A DNA stretch of 60,330 nt, filler included, from Basidioascus undulatus (taxonomy: Eukaryota): the NCBI GenBank assembly GCA_000826855.1. It is 3 parts of 3 records of this genome, joined end to end, with 100 filler letters (N's around TTAATTAATTAA, not from the genome) between each part and the next. Parts side by side here need not be neighbours in the genome. Positions count along the whole stretch, not along the records: positions 20,213 to 40,226 come from JTLS01000384.1; positions 40,327 to 60,330 come from JTLS01000385.1; 1 more part is not named here. One strand, 5' to 3'. The notes under the pieces are model-generated. The model did not search any database. It worked only from the letters and a program-made list of their open reading frames with translations, and was not told where the DNA came from. Positions within the stretch are counted from its first letter, which is position 1. Each line of letters opens with the position of its first letter. Made by a program: the position numbers and the translations under genes. Below are positions 35,423-46,941 of the stretch, in pieces.

Positions 35423-36618
35423 ATGGGCCTTCTCGACGACCCAACCTCGGACCCGCTGCACACGCTGTTCGGGCCCGACCCGCCCTCGCTCTACTCCGTC
35501 CTCTCGCTCCCCACCGACCCAGCGCCGTCCGCATCCGACATCAAGAAGGCGTACTACCGCCTCGCGCTCGAGACGCATCCGGACAAAGCGGAGCCCGACG
35601 CGCGTGAGGAGGCCGCAGCCAAGTTCCAGCAGGTCGGGTTCGCGTACGCCGTCCTCTCGGACGAGGCGCGCCGGAAGCGGTACGACGCGACGGGGCGCAC
35701 GGACGAGAAGCAGTGGGAGCAGGAGGGTTTCAGCTGGGGGGACTACTTCAGCGCGACGTTTGAGAAGGTTACGTGGGAAGCGATTGGGGAGGACAAGAAG
35801 CGGTATCAGGGTAAGGGGAGTGGGCGGAACGATGGGCGGGCGCGGGTGGCTGACGCGTCCTGGGAGGGTGTAGGCTCGCAGGAGGAGCTCAACGACTTGA
35901 AGCAGGCGTACACCGAGTCGAAGGGCGACATCGAGGCGATCCTCTCGTCCATCCCGCACGCGTCCGTAATCGACGACGAGGAGCGCTTCGTCGAGCTCCT
36001 GGCGCCGCTCATCGTGTCCGGCGACATCCCGCGCTTCGCGAAGTGGGACAAGGGCATGAAGAACGAGACGGCGCGGCTCGCGCGGCGCAAGCGCGCGGAG
36101 AGGGAGGCCGAGGAGGCCGAGGCGCTTCGCAAGGAGCTCGGGCTGGACGTGGAGCTCGCGGAGGGCGTTGAGGGTGCGGGCGAGGACGCGCTCGCGATGA
36201 TTATCGGGAAGCGGAACGAGGAGAGGAAGGACCAGTTCGAAAGCCTGACGAACGCGCTGGAGGAGAAGTACGGGAAGAAAGGAAAGGGGAAGGGGAAGGG
36301 CGGGAAGGGAAAGAAGATGAAGGAGGCGGAGGAGGAAGACGATGAGGCACCGCCTGGCATGCCGACGGACGAGGAGTTTGAGGTGCGTCTGGCTTCCCTT
36401 CCTTTCTGCTATCCTTCACAACTGCGTCCCTCACGTACGTGACTGACTGTTTCGTGCCGTCGCAGAAACTGCAAGCGAAGCTCTTCGGCAAGAAGTCTGC
36501 CCCTGCGGACGACGACGACGCAGAGGCCGACGCGCCGCCAGCGAAGAAGTCCAAAGCGGCGCCGAAGCCGAAGATGGAGGGGAGCCGCAGGTCTTCGCGA
36601 AAGGGCGACAAGGCGTAG
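35423..36618 (+). CDS. DNAJC9: J-domain protein, DNAJC9-like
   Basis: LYSVL...IKKAYYRLALETHPDK...FQQVGFAYAVLSDEARRKRYDATG, then YQGSQEELNDLKQAY...KGD. Two introns and a basic tail. Confidence 0.88.
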
Positions 36619-37127
36619 ATTGGGTAGATGACACTGTTGGACGCAGCGCTGATGTGCTTTTCTTGTTGCGATGCATGTGTTGTGCACTCTGCGCTGCATG
36701 GTCAGTGACTGCATACTTCTCTCACAAAAATACTCTTTCAAGTACATTTTGAGCATGCAAGGATCATCAGGACGCCTCGACAATGACCACATTTTCGGAA
36801 CATCTTTGGAGATATTGATGGAAATATGTAAATTATCCACACACAGGATAGGCAGGTTTGGGACGAGGTTGTTGTGGACTACACTGCAGGCACGTCTTGT
36901 GACGTTCGAAAGAGCGAGATGCTGTTGCCAGGAAGGTGCCTGTCAGCACCCAGTTTCCTATAGGTATGCCCACAAACCGCATATTGGGGTGAAAATGTTT
37001 AAATGAACCGCAAGGCAGTGTCTTGAGAGTGGCGACGTGAAGGCTCGGTATGCGTACATCGGCTCCTGCCCTTCAAGTTCTCTTCGTCCCACCATCACCA
37101 CTACCGCCACGACACCCATTTCCGCTA

Positions 37128-39790
37128 TGTCTGCTCTTCTCCCCCTTCAGAGATCTCCGAACTTTGAGGCGATTCCGCTCGAACTCACCAAGAACTACAG
37201 CTTGCTTACGCCCCTCCTGGGCGCCGCCGCGCCTTCGAGCTCCCGGCCCACGCTCGCGCTCACCGCCAGCGCCTGGACGAGCCTCGGCGTCCTCGACCTC
37301 ATCACCGCGGTTCTGACGCTCTTAACCAACTTCGGGATGGGTACTGCCCTCTTGGTGTGGATGTACGCGAACCGCGTCCCGGGGCAGAACTTGTGGGGGA
37401 ACAGGTTGACGCTCCTCCTCAAAGAGGTGAGCTCGAGCGCGTCCTGTACGCAGTTCCCAGCAGTCTCATTGGCTGTTTGGAACAGCGCTCAAAGATGAAA
37501 AGAAACTATGAAGAGCTGAAGCCGATCTGCCTGACCTTGTCCTGGCACTGACCGCTCGGCAATCGTTCATCGACCGCAGAGTATCTCATTTCTCTCACGG
37601 TATCGTGAGTAACTCACATTTCTACCTTTATATTCTATGGTTTCTGACGAGTGGGCACAGTCTATCTCGCTGGTCGCTTTCTGCGTCGCAGCGAACTGGC
37701 TGCGTGCGGCCCGTTGAAGGAACCGAGGCCGAAATCCCGACGCAAATGCAGTGCGTCCCAGAATTCTAAGCTCCACATGCACAAAGGTCTGATCACCACC
37801 CCAATCGATGGGGTGCCTTAGGCACGGCCACTTACTTCGCCTTCTCGGTTGGGCGAACCTCGTCGCGCTCGTCGAAGCTTCCTACTATCTCTGGCATAGG
37901 CACAAGAAGGCCACAGCCTCGCTCGTGAAGACTGTAAGCTTGCTACGTTAGAGGCTTTGTTCTTTCACTATATTGAGCTGCTCTGTCTTCTCGTTCACAG
38001 TTCGTCATCCTGGCGTTGCTATACACCGGTCGGTCTCGTAGTCCTGTTGCACTTCAACTCTTTCGCGACGCTAGACGAGTCAACTTCGCCGTTCAACGCC
38101 ACCTCTCTGCCTCTCTATTCGACCCGCTTCAACCGCGACCTCTGCTCGTTTCCAGACCCAGACTTGGTCTTAGACTCCTGCGGCTTCTCTAGTTGCTGCT
38201 CGGGATGGGCCGAGGATCGTCCTGAGCCCCGACGTGCGGGGTTCTTCACTGCATCCAACAGCTCGACAGTCTTTCGCTCAGTCAGCTCTAGCTCGAACGC
38301 CTCTCTCGCTATGCTCCTCCCTGCCAATGTCGATCCGCTTCACTCGTACCAGACAACGACGTTTGCTCTTGGCGCGACATGTTCAAGCATCACCACCTAC
38401 TGCGCGACACTCTACGGAAGGTGTCGCCTATTCTCCTGGGTCATGCGATAGCAGCAGCTTCACTGACTGGCCGATGCGCTCTGCAGTCACCTGGACCAAC
38501 AAATATACTTCAATGTACAACTCATGTCCCGATCCGATCCGTACGCGATTCAATCCAACGCGTCCAGACTCGAGACCATTGTCTTTGAGGATGGCGTCAG
38601 GTTGATGGTCTTGTGCGTGCTTCCAACGTAATAGGCTCACGGATATGAACTGAACTATTTCACAGAATCCTCCTTCGGCAAGCTGTATGAGACTCCCAGG
38701 CTGCGACGAGCCTCTGGAAGGGTCACAACCACCCGTGTCCTCTCGCTTCGTCTCGTACGTGATGCTCGCACTGGGAGGCACGCTCGAGGAGACACAGCTT
38801 GTCCACACGTACCAGAACTGGAGCACTATCGCGTTCCTCGATCCCTATCGGTTCCCTATTCTTCTAGCGCGCTGCGAGATCCAGACCTACCGAGCTGGCA
38901 TCCGTGGGAACTTCTGCACGACCACTCACATCGAGGGCGGCCTTGAGCCCCTCCCGATGAACGAGACATGGTGTTGGGTGCCCCGATAAGTAAGAATACT
39001 CTTTTCCTTGAATACTGGAGTTGAGCGCCTCTGATTTTCGGGAGGGAGGACGCAGTGTACAGCGAAATCACGGGGCGCGTCCGCACCGACGTTGAGTAAG
39101 CCTGGCTCTTTCATCGAGGACTCCTAGGAGCTGGCAGCCGCAAATTTACGCAAGCGCAACCCAACAGACCTCATGCAGAAGCTCGAGACCAGTCTGACGC
39201 TCAACAGCATGGCGTACGTCACGGGCTACATGGAGCTCACGTCCGAGAACGTCTCTACTGTCGAGGAACACAGGCAGACGCTCGTTTTCGCCTCCGCGCT
39301 CGTCCCGCTCGTGATGCTTCTCGTACTCCTCTACCTCTGCGGCCCTTTCTCTGTCCTCCTTATCTTCCGCACTGTCCGCCTGCCTTCGGAAGGCGTCCGC
39401 GTCACTCTCTCCAATGGCGAAGAGCGGGTGACCACGCTCATGCAGCCGGTGCGTTGTGTTTCTGCCCTCTCTGGACCAGTTGCAAGTGAGCGTTGCTGAA
39501 TCATCGACCTTCGACTAGCAGCGCCTTTCGATACCCGCTCCATCCAGTATCTACCCACCCTCGGCGCATTCGCCGCTGCCGCACGAGTCGTCTGTGCAGA
39601 CATTCGGCGACTCCAGCCTGTCCACCGAAACCGTCGCCGCTCGAGTATCCGCCAAGTCCAGCGCGTTATACCTCCTCGGAATTGAATACTTTGAGCGCGA
39701 CTCGCTGGCACCGGGCCTTGGGCCTTCGCCAGGACGCGCGCGGCGGACACGGCGAGTTTACGAGCACCTGGCTGAAGGCGCGACAGGTTC
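37128..39790 (+). pseudogene. Decayed multi-pass membrane protein gene of an uncharacterised basidiomycete family
   Basis: Hydrophobic N-terminal exon, SLVAFCVAANWLRAAR* (nonsense), a Cys-containing luminal region and a late TM (LVMLLVLLYL). Frames are broken. Confidence 0.5.
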
Positions 39791-39975
39791 TCAGCCAGGA
39801 AGCAAGTGGAAGCCAAAGCCAATGAGCCGAAGACTGGTCCGAAGCTTACATTTTGATCGAAAGGTCGGAAAACAAATTCAGGATCACCGCTCATCTAACA
39901 AACGGCATGTCACCTGCCCCCTTCGCAGCCACGTTTGCAACGTTGCACAAGCAGTCGGCACCGTGGTAAAACGCC

Positions 39976-40226
39976 CTATTCATTCACTCCTCCAGCTTCC
40001 AGCGCCTCCATGAACTCTGCCGCGCCCAACCTCAACCCGACCGCCCGACCGCCCTGCACCAAGTCCGGCGGGAGCGACGCGTCCTGCGCGTTGACCCTTA
40101 CAAGCTTCACCCTTCCTCCGCCCTCACGGGCCATCCTTTCGCCCGGCCAGCGCACAACACTGGGCGTGTTGAACCCGCACCCAATCTCCAGCAACACGAG
40201 CTTCTTCCCCTCCGCCTCCTCCTCTG
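39976..40226 (-). CDS. 3' end of a SIR2-like (SirTM-type) gene entering from the gap
   Basis: Open frame EEAEGKKLVLLEIGCGFNTPSVVRWPGERMAREGG...EAGGVNE*. About 10 differences over ~230 bp from 33040-33269. Confidence 0.75.
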
Positions 40227-40326
40227 NNNNNNNNNNNNNNNNNNNNNNNNNNNNNNNNNNNNNNNNNNNNTTAATTAATTAANNNNNNNNNNNNNNNNNN
40301 NNNNNNNNNNNNNNNNNNNNNNNNNN
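40227..40326. other. Artificial scaffold spacer (N + TTAATTAATTAA + N)
   Basis: Same 100-bp linker as at 20113. Confidence 0.97.
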
Positions 40327-41719
40327 CGCCGGAGTTGAGCATGATGGAAAGGGGTTGATCCGGGCTGAGCGGAGCAGGGAGAAAATCGTCTGGGGCGAGG
40401 GGGGGTGTGGGAGAAGTCTGTTGGAACAGGGTATTCAAACAGGAGAAGCAACGGTGATAGTGAATTGGGTTGATATACATGATGAGAAGGTAGTCAAGAA
40501 GCCAGAAAGAAGGGCGAGCGGTGTGAGGGTGTTCTTGTGTGAGAAGCGAAACTGCCAGGCACTGTCATCAACGCCGTACATTGACCTACCGTGCCAGCCA
40601 TGTGCCAATGCAGGGGGCCAGATACAACCTCTTTATTAACCCACCAACCAGTCCCAATCTTCCCAGTCTGACCGAAAAACGGACCAGTTTGCGCTGGCTG
40701 GGTGGCTCTCAAGTTCCTCTGATGCTCGCGAGAAACAAGAGCTGATTGACGGGCTCCACCTCAGATAAGAATGTGATTCTTAAGCCGTGTAATTGGACAA
40801 TATTGGAAGCAAGGGCGCATGGAGGGAAATAATACTGCGTTAGAGCTTGGTCAGATATATGTGTCGACATATCATGAAGTAAATGAGACCGAGGACAACT
40901 GCTCGTGGACAAATCTCTCGGTGGAGAGTTGCAGCGGTGCGACGCCGCCTTTTCCAATTGAGGAACTGTGGGCTCAGAACAACTACAGCTTTCAGGCAAG
41001 GAGTCGGAGAACCCAGTTCATCGGAAAAACTAGGTCAGAAACTACACATCTTTCAAAAGGGGGTAATATTGACAGTGCTTGCTTTGACCGTCGGAAATCG
41101 AGGTACACTGCCGCGACTCCTAGGACCCAGCGAGGTGGTGTTTGCGGACGTCTGTGATGAAAGGGGATATGGTATCTATAATCATCCTTATTAATTCATT
41201 TGGTGATGGGAGAAGGACGGTTAAGGAACACTACCCGCCCATTGGCGTCCTCTACCACCTCCGGGTCACTGCAGCTGGCCAATGTAGTTTTTGAACAACC
41301 CCACATGCCCGGGAGCGCCAAAGGGAGTTGGTGGAAAGAATGGATATGATGATTATTGGAAGGACCGAGACCAACAGCGCTAGGTATGGATGGAGACGGG
41401 TTGCTGAATAGGCTTGCTGTAGGTGAAAGGGATGCTGCTTATGCTGCTCACCAGATCAAGGTGGGCATAGGATCTAACGACTGGCATGCTTCCGTCCAAA
41501 TGCAGCCTGTATCCAAAATCATCAAACTTACCCCAGAGCTGTCTGTATCGACTGCGCTTGATTGCCCCTTGATTTAAAGCACAGACGGTTGGCATCTTTC
41601 CACAGACGGGACCAAGGCGGAACTGTCCTGTCAGCCAAGTTTTGCTATGCAGGCAAGCAGCTACAGGACACCGCGACGCCGACACTCTCTCCCACCTTCC
41701 ACCCACACGCCAAAGCAGG

Positions 41720-42572
41720 ATGCCTTCCCGGTCGCCCTCGCTGGCTCTAGAGCTCATTGAACACATCATCGAGCTCGCTGGGACTCCAGAGCGGCCTTTG
41801 TCGTACATCAGGGACAAGCCGACGATGTCCACGCTCTGCGCACTCTGCCTCGTCTGCCGCCCGCTCTACCTCGCCGCCGCGCGCACGCTCTACTTCTCCA
41901 TCGTCATACGTCACTACAACCAGCTCTATGCGCTTTTAGAGAGGCTCAAGCGGCGTCCAGACCTTGCCCTTCACATTACCTCGCTCGCCCTCTGCTCCTC
42001 TCTGGACAACGCTCGCCAGGGACCCGATCCAGCTTGCCTGAGCCTCCTCGACGCTGTTCACAACACGCTCCAGCGCTTAATCGTGGGGGTCCAAAATCAC
42101 CGCACTGTGGGGCAATACGAGTATCTGCCCGCCTTCAGTTTCCCTCTCCTGCAGGAGCTCGTGTGCCCTTCATGGCGTCCGCCACCTCGCACCGGAGACG
42201 ATGCCCTCCTTGCGTCGACTGTGTGTCGCCGTCCGGAATGCTAGGCGGAAAAAAATATGGCCTTTGGCAGCATTCGGAAACCTGGAACATGTGGTGATTC
42301 CCTTCGACGACGGACCATCGCTGCAGTGCGTTGTCGCCGTAACGCTGCAGCTCCTAGAATACGGGCTGCTCAATTCGCTGGATATTGTGCAAGCATTCGT
42401 TGAGATGCACCTCGAGTCGTTGGGCGTGCAGGACATGAGGAGGTCCTTCTCGAGGTTGACACGTACAGAAGGGAGATCGAGGAGGTGCAGTGAGCGGTTC
42501 TGGCAAGGGCTGAATATGGGAGGCTTTGGGGGTGATGAGCAGGGGACTTCGTTGTTTGAAGCGTGTGCTTAG
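41720..42572 (+). pseudogene. F-box-like protein gene with an apparent frameshift
   Basis: MPSRSPSLALELIEHIIELA...TLCALCLVCRPLYLAAARTLYFSIVI...PDLALHITSL. The natural continuation (MPSLRRLCV...FGNLEHVVI) is in another frame near 42170-42200. Confidence 0.6.
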
Positions 42573-43774
42573 AACGTCTTTTTGTAGAGCATGTGGAGGC
42601 ACTCCGTGCCGCAATTATGCTCAGGCTGCGCCATCGGGACACAGTGTGGTTTCAACAAGCGTCCACAGTTGTACGAGGTCTGCTCGTCTGAGGAATATGT
42701 AAGAACTAAATCTCTCTGCTGGTAACCTGTTGAAGAAAGTCATAATTCCGAAGTACTGCAAGGAGAGGGTCATGAGAACTTGATATCCAACGTGGGAGCA
42801 TACCGCGCCGGCGCGTTTTCTGGTACTGTGCACTCCACTGAGAACTTATTGGATGTCTACACCCAAATAATGCTCAACACTAACGGTAAAAGCCAAAACT
42901 GAAATGCTGTCGCTATCGCTTTAGATATGAAACGTGTGCACCGCCCAATGTCCCGTCTTGGTAAACGAGATGAAGAATGCCGGTATAACTTGGTCTCAGT
43001 GCTCAGGAGGGGCATAACTAAGTAGTTAGGAGTCTTTGAAATCCGACCTGAGGGAGCAGCAGCGAGGCCCTGGGACGAAGGAGAATGAATATTCTGGCAG
43101 CTGCAGCCTCAGATAAGGGTGCCGGGAAACGTAGAGGGAACCGAGAGCTTGCCAAATGTACATGGAGATTCAGTATGAAGTCCTCAAAGGTATGTACTTG
43201 GTGTTCGAAAATTTGAGCATTATATGGAGTTCCGTTCACAAGAATCTCTACGAAAGGTGCGGTGGGTGATCCATTCAACGAATGGGAAGCTGCAGATGCA
43301 TTTGAGCACCGACTTTACGGTCAAGACCGCAACTATCATTATCATGAGGTTCACGGGCCCCAATATAGGCTAGTATAGATTAGAGTTTCCACGAAGGATG
43401 GCTGGCGAAAGGATGGCCAACAGCCCAGAGAAACGGCTGCTGAATGTTGGAGTAACCGGCAAGGTTGTTGCTGCCCGCGACAAGAGAGGGGTCAGCAGTC
43501 GATCGGGAGGTCTCTGCTTCTCGGAAAACAAACGGAGGTCCCTAGTTCATAGAAGAGCGTGCAAAGAGTTGAAATCAGAGGGCATGTTGTATGCGTCGGC
43601 AAGGTCACGATAAGGAGCCGGGCGGCAGGTGAAGGCAGTCACCTGCCGGAGTCGCACGCTGCGCTAGCTATGCTGATAATCTCGGGACTCTCAGCGGATC
43701 CACCGCATAAGAAGTGGATCCTTTCTCCCCAACTTCACACCCACCCTTCACTGTAACCACCAGAAATATTCAGC

Positions 43775-46116
43775 ATGTCCACTACGACTACGACCACTGG
43801 CCCTCTCTCCCTCCCTCTCGCTGGTGGGAACGTCTCGTACGCTGCCGAGGCTGGGTCCATCAAGGCCCGGCTCGACAGCTCTATCCCATCTTCCCTCCGT
43901 CTCCCCGCGTCTACCCTCAGCAACCTTCCTCTCGACGTGACGGGTATCCCGCAAACTTGCGGGCTTCTCAGCGCCTCGGAGCTTGCCATCACCGAGCTCG
44001 ACGCGACCGCCTTGCGGGACAAGATCGCTGCGGGCGAGCTCACTGCCGTCGAGGCGGTGACCGCGTTCGGAAAACGCGCTGCGGTCGCTCATCAGGTCGT
44101 CAACTGCTTGACCGAGTTCTTCCTCGACGAGGGAATCGAGCAGGCGAAGGCGCTCGACGCGCACTTCAAGAAGCATGGCCAGGTCGTCGGGCCGTTGCAC
44201 GGTGTGCCGATTTCGGTCAAGGTACGCATGCATCAAATTTATGCATCCTTTCCTGTTTTCGATTAGGCTAACTGGGTTTACATTTGCAGGACCACATGCC
44301 GATCAAGGGCCACTACTCGTCCGCGGGCTTCCTTTCGACCAACGAACTGTCGAAGGAAGACTGCCACATGATCAAGATCCTTCGCGACCTCGGGGCTGGT
44401 TAGTCTTACAATTATAAATTTAATAAAACTCTTGGTCCATACCATATTTAACCTCCCCAACACAGTCTTCTACGTCAAGACTAACCAGCCTCAAGGTATC
44501 ATGCATTTGGAGACGCACTCCTTCTATGGGCGGACTGTGCGTGCATGCATCGAATTCCGCGACATATAGAAAACTAGAGCTGACATTTGAAACTCCCCAC
44601 TTTTAATCTAACAGCTCAACCCGTACAACAGGGGTCTTACGCCTGGTGGTTCTTCGGGCGGCGAGGGTGCACTCAACGCACTGCGTGGGTCTTGCCTCGG
44701 TCTTGGAACGTAAGTCACCAAGGAGACTTCCTCCCCCCCTCTCGTTCTACAGAATTAACTGATCCTTTGCTCAACAGGGACATCGGTGGTTCAATCCGCA
44801 ACCCTGCGGCTCAATGCGGCATCTACGGCATGCGGCCTAGCTCGAAGACAATGCCGATGGCTGGGTACCTCTGGTAGTACGTCAACTTTGCATTGTTGTG
44901 GAAGAAGAAAGCCGCTATTTAAACTGAGACCTACCCTCTCACACCCGTCAGCATGGATGGCAACGACGGCGTCTTCTGCTCCACTGGACCGATGTGTCGT
45001 TCTGCGCGCGACATCGACATGTTCATCAGCGCTGTGCGGGGCACACAGCCAGCGCTGAAGGACCCGGTGCTCATTCCACTGCCGTGGTCGGTTCCCGAAT
45101 TTCCGGGGAAGAAGCTCCGCGTTGGTATCATGATGCACGATGGCGTGGTTGTCCCCCAGCCCCCCATGCTGCGCGCGCTCGAGATGGCCAAGAAGAAGCT
45201 CGAGGGGCTCGGAGACAAGGTGGAAGTGGTCGAGTACAAGCCTTTCAAACACCAGGAGGGTTACGACATCATTGTCAGTGATTCGATGCCATTCTGTTAT
45301 TTCCACAGTCAGACTGACGCGTCTGTCCTGGCGCAGCGGGAGCTATACTTCGAAGACGGTGGCAAGACCGTGCGGAAGGTGAGTTTCATTCTTATGTACC
45401 ACATCCCGTCTGAAATAGAATTGAGCCCCAATCAACGCTTCAGTTGCTCGCCAACGGGGGTGAAGACGCCCTCAGCCTTACCGACTTCGTGCTCGCCCCG
45501 CCGTACACAAAGGACCACGACGCCTTAGGGCTGTGGGAGGTGCGCGTTCTGCTTGCTGATCGCCGGAAAGCTTTCGGACAAGGCTGAACCCTTTTCACAT
45601 TGCCATCAGCTCCACGACAGGCGCGACCAGTATCGTCAAGCCTACTCGGACGACTGGAACGCACAGGGCTGCGATGTCGTTCTCTGCCCTCCCTACCCGG
45701 GCGCTGCGAACGAGCACGACACGGCCCGATACTGGTCGTAAGTGGCTTTTTACTCACTGCTGCGATGGCTTTAATGGGTTCTAAACTCATGGCCAAAATC
45801 AGGTACACCGCGCTTTGGAACCATGTCGACTACCCCGGCGTCGTCTTCCCGTCGGGACTCCAGGTCGACCCTGCGCTGGACAAGGTCCGGACCGACTTCC
45901 AGCCTCTCAGCGAGGCGGATGAACAGAACAACGCCCTCTGTACGTCGAAATAAGCACTGATTAAGATACCACGGCTGATATCTTTGTTCCTGGGCTATAG
46001 TCAACCCGGAGAAAATGGTCGGCGCCCCGATCTCGCTGCAGCTTGTCGCACGCAGGTTCAACGACTGCTCGCTGCTCGCTGCACTGAAGGTCGTCGAGGA
46101 GGCGCTTCGCGCTTGA
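43775..46116 (+). CDS. Amidase-signature family amidase (acetamidase/general amidase-like)
   Basis: GPLHGVPISVKDH, PGGSSGGEGAL, GTDIGGSIRNPAAQCGIYGMRPS, YTALWNHVDYPGVVFP, GAPISLQLV. Ser-Ser-Lys triad motifs are present. Confidence 0.93.
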
Positions 46117-46610
46117 ATGTTGTGGTTGTACTGAAGAGGCATGTTGTCGATGTTGATGTTCACACCTGGATCTGGTTGGCGGACAGCGTGCGAAACGTGA
46201 TGTCAATTGAATCATAATGCTCTGGAGTACTTCTCCCCCTCACATTCAAATGTCGATAGAATCACCATGAATCAAACTCGGGCACACGCAAGAAGCGAGC
46301 GAGACGAGTGCTGTTTGTATCCCTTGCGAAAATCTCCACCAGACGGTCTGGTCAAGTTGTGCACTGGGAATGGACGCGCGATAGTTTGCCCGTAACGCTT
46401 CCTCTCTTCAGGCCTTCACAGTGTTCGCTTTGTGATTCGTGTCCTGAAAACGAAGCTCTTTGAAGGCATGCTTGTCGACATCGCGATGGATAAGCTGAGG
46501 GGTAGCCCTCTTGGCTGTCCTCGCCTCGCCTGCAGCGGCGTTCCGGAAAAGCTTTCTTGCTTCTTGACCGTTCCAAGCGTTCTTCATTTCCAAAAATGAA
46601 GAATATTGTG

Positions 46611-46684
46611 CTCTTCAGGTGAGACTTGAACTCACAACCTCCCGATTAACAGTCGGACGCGCTAACCAATTGCGCCACCGAAGA
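46611..46684 (-). tRNA. tRNA-Asn (GTT), intronless
   Basis: TCTTCGG TGGCGCAATTGGTTAGCGC G TCCGA CTGTTAA TCGGG AGGTT GTGAG TTCAAGT CTCAC CTGAAGA G folds as a cloverleaf. T5 Pol III terminator at 46592-46596. Confidence 0.95.
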
Positions 46685-46941
46685 TTGATGTTGGTTAGAT
46701 CGTTTAAAAATGTTGATCAACATGACCTACGAATGGTGATCAGAAAGACGGAGCAAGAGGTTGAAAAGCGCCTTGCAGCCGTTGCAGCATTGAACAGCGT
46801 GATTCAAGGAAGACGCCACGACACCTGCACGAGACGCTGCAATGCCTGCCTCTTCACACCATTTGTGGCCTTGTGGATGGAAGTTCTGATAATGTTAAAA
46901 TGCATCCGTGACTTTGAAAATGAATGCATCAGATGCCTCAA

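Noticed and set aside
40327..41600. Possible transposon or gene remnant after the second gap
   Set aside because: No identifiable motif in any frame.
26126..46116. Metabolic gene cluster (aldolase, AKR, sirtuin, amidase)
   Set aside because: The genes are interspersed with housekeeping genes, partly pseudogenised and split by a contig join, with no shared pathway evident.
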